Source of the DNA: a virus
Lineage: Duplodnaviria; Caudoviricetes
Strand: one strand, 5' to 3'
DNA length: 34,881 bases
IMG/VR virus record: IMGVR_UViG_3300037461_001799
Location: 1-34,881 of that record
Below, in pieces: positions 9,543-17,882 of this stretch. Numbering within the stretch: position 1 is the first letter of the stretch; each line of letters opens with the position of its first letter. Both the position numbers and the translations under genes were made by a program. Below the pieces are notes generated by a model. That model was not told the DNA's origin. It saw nothing but the letters and a program-made list of their open reading frames with translations, and did no database searches.

Positions 9543-10696
9543 CAGATTTTAACTCCATCCCAAAGAGAAACAGAATTAATCTCCAGTTCCTTTGGTTCAA
9601 TGCCAGGAGGCATATCAGGTTCACAATTAGCTTTCATCCATTCAATGTCAGATTCTGATACACCCAATCCATACCAGTTCATACTCTTTCGATTATCAGA
9701 ACCGGGAAGCCAAGAATAATTCTCCGAACGCGGTTTGACACTAGAGGACAGTCTATAGTCATCACCATCAGTTGGATATATTGCAAGCGGGAACGGCCTA
9801 GCATCAAGCAATAATTCTTGTTCTTCCATAGGATTTTGACAAGGACGGCCAGGGTATGAGCAACAATATGCATCTTCGATAATCTGGTCCTCGATGTCAA
9901 TTTTATCAGGGTCAGCTGGGCCAAGTTTTGGCATCCGGGTGCCTGGAACGTCCCAGTCAACTATATTTGGTTCACCACCTTGAAATGGAAGTTCGTCAAG
10001 TGCTCCCCCCGCCACCTTAGCAGAAGCTGTTCGAGCTTTATCAAGCATTTTTTCAAATGCAATAGCATAACGGTCATATTCGTTAACAGACGATCTACGT
10101 GAAACATCCGGAAGAAGCTGTGTGTCAGGCTCTTCTGATTCTTCAACTTCTCCTTCGTCTTCAACTTCTGGGTTCTCGGCTTTTGGATTTATAAGCGGTT
10201 CTTCTTCACCTTCATCTTCAAATTCTTCTTCAACAAAGCCTTCAGGGTTTTTCTTAACATCATGGGCGTCAGAAACGATACCTTCAATTTTTGCTTCATC
10301 TTCAACAGATGCCCAGTGTTCACCATTGATTTCATCATGAACTGTGTCAGTGAACGACGATAGAAGTTCAACTGTCGTGGATAGACCACCTCGCATTTCT
10401 TTAATACTTTGAATATACCCTCTCCCGCCGAGAAGCCCATCCGGACTAAATTCAGATGATGACATTTTTGAGAAGATTCTAAGAGCAGCTAATGCATAAC
10501 CATGCGCTCTTTGACTTGCCCACAAAATCTTAGCAAGATCTCTTAAGGAGTCAGGAGTCCATTTAAACCCCTTCACGCGCACATCACGCCGAACGGGACC
10601 TTGATCCTTAACGAATTCAATCTTCCCGCCAACACGCACATTGTGCGACTGACCGGCGACGCGTCTAGCAATGGTATACAACTGTTGCTCATTCAT
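9542..10696 (-). CDS. Acidic hypothetical protein (scaffold/internal-head-like)
   Basis: 384 aa with a central Glu-rich tract (EEEFEDEGEEE) and N-terminal IARRVA. Confidence 0.7.
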   Translation of the reverse strand: MNEQQLYTIARRVAGQSHNVRVGGKIEFVKDQGPVRRDVRVKGFKWTPDSLRDLAKILWASQRAHGYALAALRIFSKMSSSEFSPDGLLGGRGYIQSIKEMRGGLSTTVELLSSFTDTVHDEINGEHWASVEDEAKIEGIVSDAHDVKKNPEGFVEEEFEDEGEEEPLINPKAENPEVEDEGEVEESEEPDTQLLPDVSRRSSVNEYDRYAIAFEKMLDKARTASAKVAGGALDELPFQGGEPNIVDWDVPGTRMPKLGPADPDKIDIEDQIIEDAYCCSYPGRPCQNPMEEQELLLDARPFPLAIYPTDGDDYRLSSSVKPRSENYSWLPGSDNRKSMNWYGLGVSESDIEWMKANCEPDMPPGIEPKELEINSVSLWDGVKI

Positions 10697-10701
10697 GTGA
10701 G

Positions 10702-10959
10702 TCAGCCTTTCACAGGACCGTCATCATCGTTTACGAGACGCTCAATAAAATACCCATCGTCGTCATGGCCAAGACGCCAGAAATCTTTCTGTGAAATTCT
10801 AACAAGCTTATCATCAGATACAACTTCAAATCCAGCAAGCTGTTGCAGACCAGAGATTCTTACGCGACCGGAAGCTACCTTAGTAGGTTTTTCGTTCACG
10901 AAAAAATCGTCTATTGAACTCGACGAAAACCTGATATCTTCGATTTTGAAATTACTCAT
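10702..10959 (-). CDS. Hypothetical protein
   Basis: 85 aa; AAGGT SD upstream; heads the apparent operon running to 6617. Confidence 0.7.
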   Translation of the reverse strand: MSNFKIEDIRFSSSSIDDFFVNEKPTKVASGRVRISGLQQLAGFEVVSDDKLVRISQKDFWRLGHDDDGYFIERLVNDDDGPVKG

Positions 10960-10970
10960 AGTCTACCTTA

Positions 10971-10987
10971 TTGTCAGTATCTGACAA
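10971..10987. promoter_or_regulatory. Perfect 7-bp inverted repeat TTGTCAG-tat-CTGACAA (operator or hairpin)
   Basis: Seen directly in the intergenic region just upstream of the SD of the 10959 gene. Confidence 0.4.
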
Positions 10988-11017
10988 CAAGTTTATCAAA
11001 TTTTGTACATCAAGGGT

Positions 11018-11917
11018 CTACGGTCCAACTGTTAAAACAACTCTGATATCAACTGGGGAGTTTGAAGCGTTTTGTGAGGACAGTCTAATAATTTCAGTAT
11101 AATCCCCTAGGCCAAATGGAACAGCTGAACCCACAACGGATAGTGTAAAAGTTGTAGTCTGTCCAGTTGTAAGTGGGCCGGCAGACTCTGGGCTCAGAGA
11201 TAGCCACGAAACTTGAGAAACCTTAACGGCCGAAACACTCAAGAAAGATGTGCCGGGACCACTATTTGAAACAATCAGATTTTGTACGACTGGAGTTTGA
11301 TTGATTATAGACCAAACCATTGATATATCCTGTGTATTTACACTAATAGCCGGACGTGGAATAACAACAACAGAGACAGATACGGTTATAGCCGTGGATG
11401 GGTCATTTATATCACGGATGACAATATTTCCATTATATGGAGACTGAGTTGCAAGCAGAGAAGTGGGAACTAAATCGAAGCTAAAAGTTGCTGTTGTTCC
11501 TTTAGAAACACCAACAGACGATGGCGATAGAACAGTTAACCACGGAACATCAGGGACCGCAGTAACAGATAAGAAAGACCCAAAGCCTCCGTCATTCCTA
11601 ACTTGAATAGATCCAACATTCCGGCGAGGGTCCCCCTCTGTGATTCCAATAGCGAAAGATGTTTGAGTCGACAAGAGTGCCAGTCTAGGCTTCATCTGAT
11701 TTCTAACATCAGAAATGGACTGAGCCATAGCTTCGACCACATCAGACGGTAGAGGAATTGCAGCCTGGTTCATTGGCCCATATGGGGTCACAATGTCTTG
11801 AACCTGATAAATCTGTCCGGGTCCATTCAGACTAGTAGCGCCTACGGTCCATCGCCATGTTCCGCTGGTAGAGCTTATGCTGAATGTAAACCCCCCGCCG
11901 GTTGGTATAGAGGCCAT
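11018..11917 (-). CDS. Virion protein with two BACON/Ig-like domains
   Basis: Two beta-rich repeats with the BACON-type pattern (PDVPWLTVLSPSS...TATFSFDL...YNGNIVI; QVSWLSLSPES...TTFTLSV...YTEIIRLSS...PVDIRVVLTV). Confidence 0.7.
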   Translation of the reverse strand: MASIPTGGGFTFSISSTSGTWRWTVGATSLNGPGQIYQVQDIVTPYGPMNQAAIPLPSDVVEAMAQSISDVRNQMKPRLALLSTQTSFAIGITEGDPRRNVGSIQVRNDGGFGSFLSVTAVPDVPWLTVLSPSSVGVSKGTTATFSFDLVPTSLLATQSPYNGNIVIRDINDPSTAITVSVSVVVIPRPAISVNTQDISMVWSIINQTPVVQNLIVSNSGPGTSFLSVSAVKVSQVSWLSLSPESAGPLTTGQTTTFTLSVVGSAVPFGLGDYTEIIRLSSQNASNSPVDIRVVLTVGP

Positions 11918-12050
11918 GCTCTAACACGTGATAAAGGATTCAGCAATTTTGGGTGTCTTCAAGTAACGCACAGGCCGGGTAAACACAAACAATTTCAACC
12001 TGCGTCCACTTGCAAGATTTATCATTGATGTAAAGTGCATATATTGAACC

Positions 12051-12392
12051 ATGAATGAACATTATACTATCTATGACGCCGGGTGGATTATGGCCAAAAA
12101 TTTATGGCCAGAATACCAGGTATCAATCTTATGCAAGGCTGAAGTGGGTAAAAACAAAAAAGGTATTGACGCGTACTTTGACGCTTATAGAGCACTAGAA
12201 TATGAAGGTCTAACGTACAATAAGATAGATACAGATCATATATTTCTATATGATGATGGAGAACAAGAGCCTTTTTTGATTTTTGAAAGATCTGACGGGA
12301 GACGTATGGCTGTATGGGTTAGCAGTCTAACTTTGGACAGTTTGTCGAAAATAGATGATTTTATTGCAATCGAGTCCATAATATTGGAATGA
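12051..12392 (+). CDS. Hypothetical protein
   Basis: 113 aa ORF in otherwise unoccupied space; TATATT 5 nt before the ATG. Confidence 0.65.
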   Translation: MNEHYTIYDAGWIMAKNLWPEYQVSILCKAEVGKNKKGIDAYFDAYRALEYEGLTYNKIDTDHIFLYDDGEQEPFLIFERSDGRRMAVWVSSLTLDSLSKIDDFIAIESIILE

Positions 12393-12400
12393 GAGCGAAG

Positions 12401-12688
12401 CTAATGCTCGTAACAAAGGGCCGATTCAGCGGCATGGGAAAAGGCGCCCGACCCAAAACTGGCACGATGAATATGTAGAGCAACTATCCGCCGATGCTCG
12501 GCCGGGAGCGTATTCAAGCATCGGCGGATAGTGTCGACCATGCGTTGCACATCCTTACCGCAAGTTCTCACCTCACAAAGAAGCGCGTCCATCTTGCCAC
12601 TTTCGGTGAAATTTCTTACCGCTTCACCCGCGTTGTCATCGATCGGTTTGTTTAAGAGCCTTTGTTGCCAAAGATAGGTTGTTGGCAT
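12401..12688 (-). CDS. Hypothetical protein
   Basis: 95 aa; GGGGA SD-like sequence upstream; converges on the 12051 gene. Confidence 0.55.
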   Translation of the reverse strand: MPTTYLWQQRLLNKPIDDNAGEAVRNFTESGKMDALLCEVRTCGKDVQRMVDTIRRCLNTLPAEHRRIVALHIHRASFGSGAFSHAAESALCYEH

Positions 12689-12747
12689 AGTTAATCCCCA
12701 GTTTTAACATTAGGAGTGTGGTGTATTCCACGACATGGTTAACCACA

Positions 12748-13482
12748 TCATAAAGAACTAAAATCTGGTCCAGTAACAATTTTTGGCTCTAAAACCGGTG
12801 ACGCCATAGGAACATTTTCATGTGGATCTGATGGAATAGACCAGTCAACCTGGTCAATACAGCACTCAGCTAAAAAACGATTAGCTCTGCTAAAAGGCCT
12901 GGATCCAAAAAATCCGCGACTAGCACTCATTGGAGATGGATGAGAACTCATAATCAATATGTGCCGGCCATTTATAGATCCAGCTTTGCTTTGTGCATGT
13001 CGACCCCATAAAACGAAAGCCACGGGTTGTCTACGAGCACTAAGGATATTTATGACAGTATCCGTGAATGTCTCCCAACCCTTTCCCACATGAGACATGG
13101 GCTTCCCAGCGCGAACAGTCAGTGTTGTATTTAGAAGAAGTACACCACGACAGGCCCAGGCAGTTAAACAGCCATGTATCGGTGGTGTGACCCCGATATC
13201 AGACTTCAACTCTTGGTATATATTAACTAGGCTAGGCGGGATGGGAGCCCCAGGCCGGACGCTAAAAGCTAAACCATGCGCTTGTCCTGAGCCATGATAA
13301 GGATCCTGTCCAAGAATAACAACTCTCACACAGTTCAATGGAGTTTCAAACGCTGCAAGCATATGTTGATGGGGTGGATAAACCTGATAAACCCGCCGTT
13401 CATCACGAATAAATTGTTCGAGCTGTTGAAAATACGGTTTATATAACTCTTCAGACAGAGCTTCTTTCCAAGTTTCATGCAT
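12748..13482 (-). CDS. ung: Uracil-DNA glycosylase, family 1
   Basis: GQDPYH, AHGLAFSV, PPSLVNIYQEL, GVLLLNTTLTV, LWG, HPSPMS motifs. ATG at 13482 preferred over GTG 13491. Confidence 0.95.
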   Translation of the reverse strand: MHETWKEALSEELYKPYFQQLEQFIRDERRVYQVYPPHQHMLAAFETPLNCVRVVILGQDPYHGSGQAHGLAFSVRPGAPIPPSLVNIYQELKSDIGVTPPIHGCLTAWACRGVLLLNTTLTVRAGKPMSHVGKGWETFTDTVINILSARRQPVAFVLWGRHAQSKAGSINGRHILIMSSHPSPMSASRGFFGSRPFSRANRFLAECCIDQVDWSIPSDPHENVPMASPVLEPKIVTGPDFSSL

Positions 13483-13512
13483 AAGGAACACTACATCTAC
13501 TAGATTAGTATG

Positions 13513-13548
13513 CTACAGTTGCTTCGTACGTCGATCAAGACGAAATTT
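13513..13548 (-). repeat. Copy 1 of a 36-bp imperfect direct repeat (orphan duplicate of the 3' end of the 14573..16444 gene)
   Basis: 13531-13548 tcgatcaagacgaaattt is identical to 14591-14608. Minus-strand translation KFRLDRRTKQL* versus KFRLDRNIKQP* in the gene. Confidence 0.85.
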
Positions 13549-13592
13549 AATTATATATCGGAAATTCGAAAGATGGTCAAGTAGTGCCCGAA

Positions 13593-14018
13593 ATGAAGAT
13601 CATTTTTCTCGATATAGATGGAGTGATGAATTCAGGCCTCTACATTGACCCCTTAGATAAAGGGTCAATGCTTGTTGAGGAACACATGTCCATACTAAAC
13701 CGCATAGTGCTACATCCAAACGTCGGCGTTGTAATAACATCAGCGCATCGGCTTGGACGATCTTTAAAAGATCTGTCAGAAGAATTTCGTGAGGCCGGGT
13801 TCATCGGGAATATCGTCGGAAAAACACCGAGCCTAGGGGCTGGACGTCCAATCGAAATAGCTGTCTTCCTCGAAAGTCACCCATCTGTTGATTCGTACGT
13901 CATTCTGGACGATATGAACAACATGGGGAATTTATCTAATAAACTGGTGTGTACATATCCGACAGGCCTAAAGTCGGAACACATCGAGCCTGTATTAGCT
14001 CAACTTGGCTTATGCTAA
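13593..14018 (+). CDS. HAD-superfamily protein (Swiss-Army-knife RNA-repair-like HAD domain)
   Basis: MKIIFLDIDGVMN motif I, VVITSAHR motif II, YVILDD motif IV. Confidence 0.8.
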   Translation: MKIIFLDIDGVMNSGLYIDPLDKGSMLVEEHMSILNRIVLHPNVGVVITSAHRLGRSLKDLSEEFREAGFIGNIVGKTPSLGAGRPIEIAVFLESHPSVDSYVILDDMNNMGNLSNKLVCTYPTGLKSEHIEPVLAQLGLC

Positions 14019-14040
14019 TCCAATTCGTCAGTTTCCAACT

Positions 14041-14535
14041 TCAGAAAGGCTGACATCTCCTACCGGACTCTATCTTCATCGCGTTCCTTGGGTTCTTTTC
14101 ATCCGTCAACAGCTCATACGTTTCCCAAGCAAGCTTCGTGAATGCATCATGCCAGTCATACGCCCAGTTATTCATATTTTCAATCATAGTATTTGGATTA
14201 AGAATCTCCTGCCTGGAAACCCTGTCAATTTTAGACTTGACACTTGATAAGTCAGCGCCAGGAAACCTTTCCTTGACCTGCTTCAACAGAGAATTAATAT
14301 CAGCTAGTAATTCGTTCTTCAAAGACTTCAGACGCCTAATTATGAAATCTGACAGATCATATATAGATCCATGCAGCTGTTGTATGAACGCATCATGCTT
14401 TTGCATGAGCTGTTGAAATGATTCCTTGAGAGTTGGATCTAGTATAAGAAGTTTTTTAATATCCTGCTGATCCACATGATCAAATGCGCGACGAGTCCCA
14501 AACGCAACACGTCCCGCAATTCGCGCAATATTCAT
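14041..14535 (-). CDS. Hypothetical helical protein
   Basis: 164 aa, begins MNIARIAGRVA; preceded by the putative late motif. Confidence 0.65.
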   Translation of the reverse strand: MNIARIAGRVAFGTRRAFDHVDQQDIKKLLILDPTLKESFQQLMQKHDAFIQQLHGSIYDLSDFIIRRLKSLKNELLADINSLLKQVKERFPGADLSSVKSKIDRVSRQEILNPNTMIENMNNWAYDWHDAFTKLAWETYELLTDEKNPRNAMKIESGRRCQPF

Positions 14536-14572
14536 GCCAATCAGTGATCATAAAAACTAGACGGTCAGGATA

Positions 14573-14608
14573 TCATGGTTGCTTGATATTTCGATCAAGA
14601 CGAAATTT
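14573..14608 (-). repeat. Copy 2 of the 36-bp direct repeat (3' end of nuclease-Mom gene)
   Basis: Offset exactly 1060 bp from copy 1; stop codons align. Confidence 0.85.
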
Positions 14609-16444
14609 GGTTTTTGATTTCCCGAATGCCTTCACATATCCAAATTTCAGTGCGTATTCCGCTTCTTTGAGACCATTTCTTTTAGCATGATCATATAATG
14701 TCTTTTTGTGTATCACAAAACCATCTGGACTAATGTAATGGTAGTCAGCTGGAACAGTGTGAACCTGTTTCCAATTTGCTGCCTTATAAATTGTGCCAAT
14801 GTGTCCAAACGTAGAATCAGAAAAACTAATTAAAGAGTTCACATCTGGAAAAGTCATAAACACTTGTCTTGTACACCGAGATATAAACCATGATGCTAAA
14901 TTTTTCTTCTGATAATTTGGATGAATACAGAATCTGTCTAACTCTAGCACTTGTTTAGCAAACAAACCCATAGATGTGGCGGATTCATTTCGCATTGGAG
15001 AACAAAACTTGCATACACCAATAAGTGTGTCCTCGAGGAAAACCCCATAAACTACTTTCGCAGACCTTCCGAATCCTGCATAATGGAATGACTGCAAAAA
15101 TTCTTCGGCATGGGAATAATATGACTTATCAACTACCACCGACATATCCATCTGCCTAATACTTAAATCATCAAATAAGAAATCAGTCTGATGATCCGTT
15201 CCGTTATCATCATTCTCAAACAGTGCGTTAATCAGCTTATGACGAATCAAATTTGGATTGAGAAAATCCCGCTCCCACAAGTATAAAACACGATATTCCG
15301 GAAAGTAGTTGTCAATATAACTAAACTTGGCAGCGTCTCGATTTTTACGTAAAGAATGCCAATACTCTCCATTGCATTCAATTAGAATGTTGTGTGTTGG
15401 GATCAACAGATCAAATTCGAAATACCCAACAACATGATGGCGCACATATGGAATTTTAAGAGTGTCAAGCAAAGTTTGGGTAGTACGCTCAAGAATACTA
15501 TCCTTCCCATTGGCAAGCATGTTTGCCCGACTGACAGCCTGCTTCTCTCTAAAAGTATCGTCATTCCATCTCTGTTTAGATAAAGCTGAGACACGAGCCC
15601 TGTAATCTGGATTTTCCCAAGCCTTCTTTATTCCATCGACAATAGCCTTCCTGACTGATGGGTTATTCCATTGTAATTTTGCATTTTCAGATTTTAAAGC
15701 ACACAGTGCAGGGTCGGCTGCGGCTCGAGCCTGCTTATCTAAATATTCCGGATTCTTCCATAAAGCGGATACTTTAGATGATATTTCTTTCCGCAACTCT
15801 GAATTGTTAGCCCAAAATTCTTTTATCGACTCGGATATATGTTGACGGTATTCCGGGTCTTCAAACCTTTTAAGGGCAAGCTGCCGTTGCAATTCTACGT
15901 GTTCAGCTGAAGCTTTAACAGTACGTTGACGCTCAACATATTCTGGATTTTGCCACATTTTACGAGCGGCATCCATACGAGCTTGCTTTACATTAGGATC
16001 ATCAATAGCACGCTCATATTTAGCCCTAAATTCACTGTCTTCCCATAGTTTTGTGATTGTAGCAGAAGCCTGCTGCCTCTTTGCCTGATCGTCCCAAGCC
16101 TCTTTAGAAGCATTTGTTAAGTGTTGTCTGAAATCATCATCAGACCACATACTCTTGGAAATCTCGGACTGGCGTTCTCGCCGCTCTGGTGACCATGACT
16201 GAACTATTCCATCACGGTGCTTCTCTTTATAAGCTGCGTCTTGATGTTTCGCTTTCATTCCACATGATAAACATCTATAATGCCCAACACGTTTCATTGT
16301 GCGGAGAATTGAGCTGATTTTTAGTTCAGCTTCAGCACCACAAGGGCAGACGACTGTTATGACTGAATTTCGGTTATAAGGAGGAGAACCCGAATTTTTA
16401 ATAATTGAAACATGAATGCCAAATTCTTCTAAATTTTTACTCAT
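14573..16444 (-). CDS. Fusion: Zn-ribbon + W-x-[DN]-P-E-[YF]-R helical repeats + Vsr/DUF559-like endonuclease + Mom-like GNAT domain (copy A)
   Basis: CPCG...CLSC; about 10 repeats such as WQNPEYVER and WENPDYRAR; FDLLIPTHNILIECNGEYWH; FHYAG...LELDRFC...NLASWFISR...LISFSD...GTIYKAANW. Confidence 0.75.
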   Translation of the reverse strand: MSKNLEEFGIHVSIIKNSGSPPYNRNSVITVVCPCGAEAELKISSILRTMKRVGHYRCLSCGMKAKHQDAAYKEKHRDGIVQSWSPERRERQSEISKSMWSDDDFRQHLTNASKEAWDDQAKRQQASATITKLWEDSEFRAKYERAIDDPNVKQARMDAARKMWQNPEYVERQRTVKASAEHVELQRQLALKRFEDPEYRQHISESIKEFWANNSELRKEISSKVSALWKNPEYLDKQARAAADPALCALKSENAKLQWNNPSVRKAIVDGIKKAWENPDYRARVSALSKQRWNDDTFREKQAVSRANMLANGKDSILERTTQTLLDTLKIPYVRHHVVGYFEFDLLIPTHNILIECNGEYWHSLRKNRDAAKFSYIDNYFPEYRVLYLWERDFLNPNLIRHKLINALFENDDNGTDHQTDFLFDDLSIRQMDMSVVVDKSYYSHAEEFLQSFHYAGFGRSAKVVYGVFLEDTLIGVCKFCSPMRNESATSMGLFAKQVLELDRFCIHPNYQKKNLASWFISRCTRQVFMTFPDVNSLISFSDSTFGHIGTIYKAANWKQVHTVPADYHYISPDGFVIHKKTLYDHAKRNGLKEAEYALKFGYVKAFGKSKTKFRLDRNIKQP

Positions 16445-16479
16445 ACATATGTTACATCAAACAAATATAAATTTCCGCG

Positions 16480-17259
16480 TTATTCAATTGTAACAATTTG
16501 TGCATCACCACGGTCAACAAATTGAGGGAGCTGCACCTCGTGCAGTATGTTAAAGTGTTTGTCGCTTATGGCGAAGAATACAGTCCAGTATTTGGCATAT
16601 CTGGACGTGTTGATCGCCTCGTTAATAATCTCATTGATTTTTCTACGAGCGTCCTCACAGTCCAAATCTATTCCGTCTTTACGCATATACATCTGTGCTT
16701 TAACTTGCTCTTCGCGGGCTTCTTCAGAAATCAATTCTTTGATCTTGGCCAATGAACGGAAAAAACGGTGTCTAACTCTCCCCTGAGTCAGATTCATCTG
16801 TTTAGCAATTTCAGACTGACATGTGGTTTCATACATACGCCACATAATCTCTCGATCTTGATCCACAAATTTTGGGCCAAGCTCAAGCTCAAATTGTTCA
16901 TGAACTAATTCAGGAATGGTTCGCAAAAATTGGATACGTCGGATACCGCGATGTAACCTATACGACACGGCTGCTTGAGTAATACGAAATAACTTAGCGA
17001 TCTGCTCCTGTTTCATACGATCTCTGTAATATAAGGTAATGAGGTCCGCCTCCCTCGCTGGGATTCTGTCCAAGTACCCCCCTATTAAATTAAAGTTTGG
17101 AAGAGAAGCTTCACTTATTTCCTCTTCATCATCCGGGGCAAGATTTTGTTCAATAAGTTCGTCAATATCCAGTTCATCACCGTTCCATCCCAGTCTGTCA
17201 CGGTTACTGAATCTGGTAGACAAGTCATTTGGATCTTGTACTAAAATGTAGTTAGACAT
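16480..17259 (-). CDS. Transcription regulator with two tandem sigma-70 region-4-like HTH domains
   Basis: IPAREADLITLYYRDRMKQEQIAKLFRITQAAVSYRLHRGIRRI and DQDREIMWRMYETTCQSEIAKQMNLTQGRVRHRFFRSLAKIKE. Confidence 0.75.
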   Translation of the reverse strand: MSNYILVQDPNDLSTRFSNRDRLGWNGDELDIDELIEQNLAPDDEEEISEASLPNFNLIGGYLDRIPAREADLITLYYRDRMKQEQIAKLFRITQAAVSYRLHRGIRRIQFLRTIPELVHEQFELELGPKFVDQDREIMWRMYETTCQSEIAKQMNLTQGRVRHRFFRSLAKIKELISEEAREEQVKAQMYMRKDGIDLDCEDARRKINEIINEAINTSRYAKYWTVFFAISDKHFNILHEVQLPQFVDRGDAQIVTIE

Positions 17260-17373
17260 TTCTGAATACCAGCTTGGGTTTTTGTTGGTATAAAGTATGT
17301 ATATGTATCAGTATTATGTATCGAGACTCACATGAAGTGAGGCCGTTTACTGACACAGTACCAGTTTATTTAT

Positions 17374-17862
17374 TCAAATAACATCTTTGGGAGCAATAAT
17401 AATCAAACGGCGTCTGGTTAAATCAGTCTGCTGAGGCTCTTTAAAATCAAACCAAACACGATCAAATGTGTCTAAAGGGATTCGACTGAAACGTTCGTCT
17501 TTTTCAGGGTCAACTATGTAAATATACTTGTTATCCATTCCAGCAACAACTGAAAAATGCCCCTCATCGGTCGACCACCAGTTAACGATCACCGGAAGAC
17601 CTAGATCAAGGTATCTTCTCAAATCATCAAAATCAGCATCATCATGATAAAATCCACCAAGCCCGATAGCTTCAGCAGCCTTAACTAAGCCAGGAGCTTC
17701 AACACCCTCTTCAAAAGTTGAACCGGATAAATTTATTAGTTTTTCCTCCGATATATTTCTCCCCCAGTAGGAAAGAACAGCTCTCAAGGCTGAGACCCCG
17801 CAATAATTAGGGGACTGTTTATAATGGGGTACGGGTAAAACTTTAACCGATACTCGCCTCAT
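17374..17862 (-). CDS. C39-like cysteine peptidase
   Basis: KQSPNYCGVSAL (Q...C), GHFSVV (H), IVDP (D). Confidence 0.85.
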   Translation of the reverse strand: MRRVSVKVLPVPHYKQSPNYCGVSALRAVLSYWGRNISEEKLINLSGSTFEEGVEAPGLVKAAEAIGLGGFYHDDADFDDLRRYLDLGLPVIVNWWSTDEGHFSVVAGMDNKYIYIVDPEKDERFSRIPLDTFDRVWFDFKEPQQTDLTRRRLIIIAPKDVI

Positions 17863-17882
17863 GCTGACCTAAATTATAAAGG

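Noticed and set aside
17260-17373. tRNA or structured ncRNA in the larger intergenic gaps (also 1114-1242, 11918-12050, 12689-12747)
   Set aside because: Only short 4-6 bp stems; no cloverleaf, T-loop consensus or convincing terminator.
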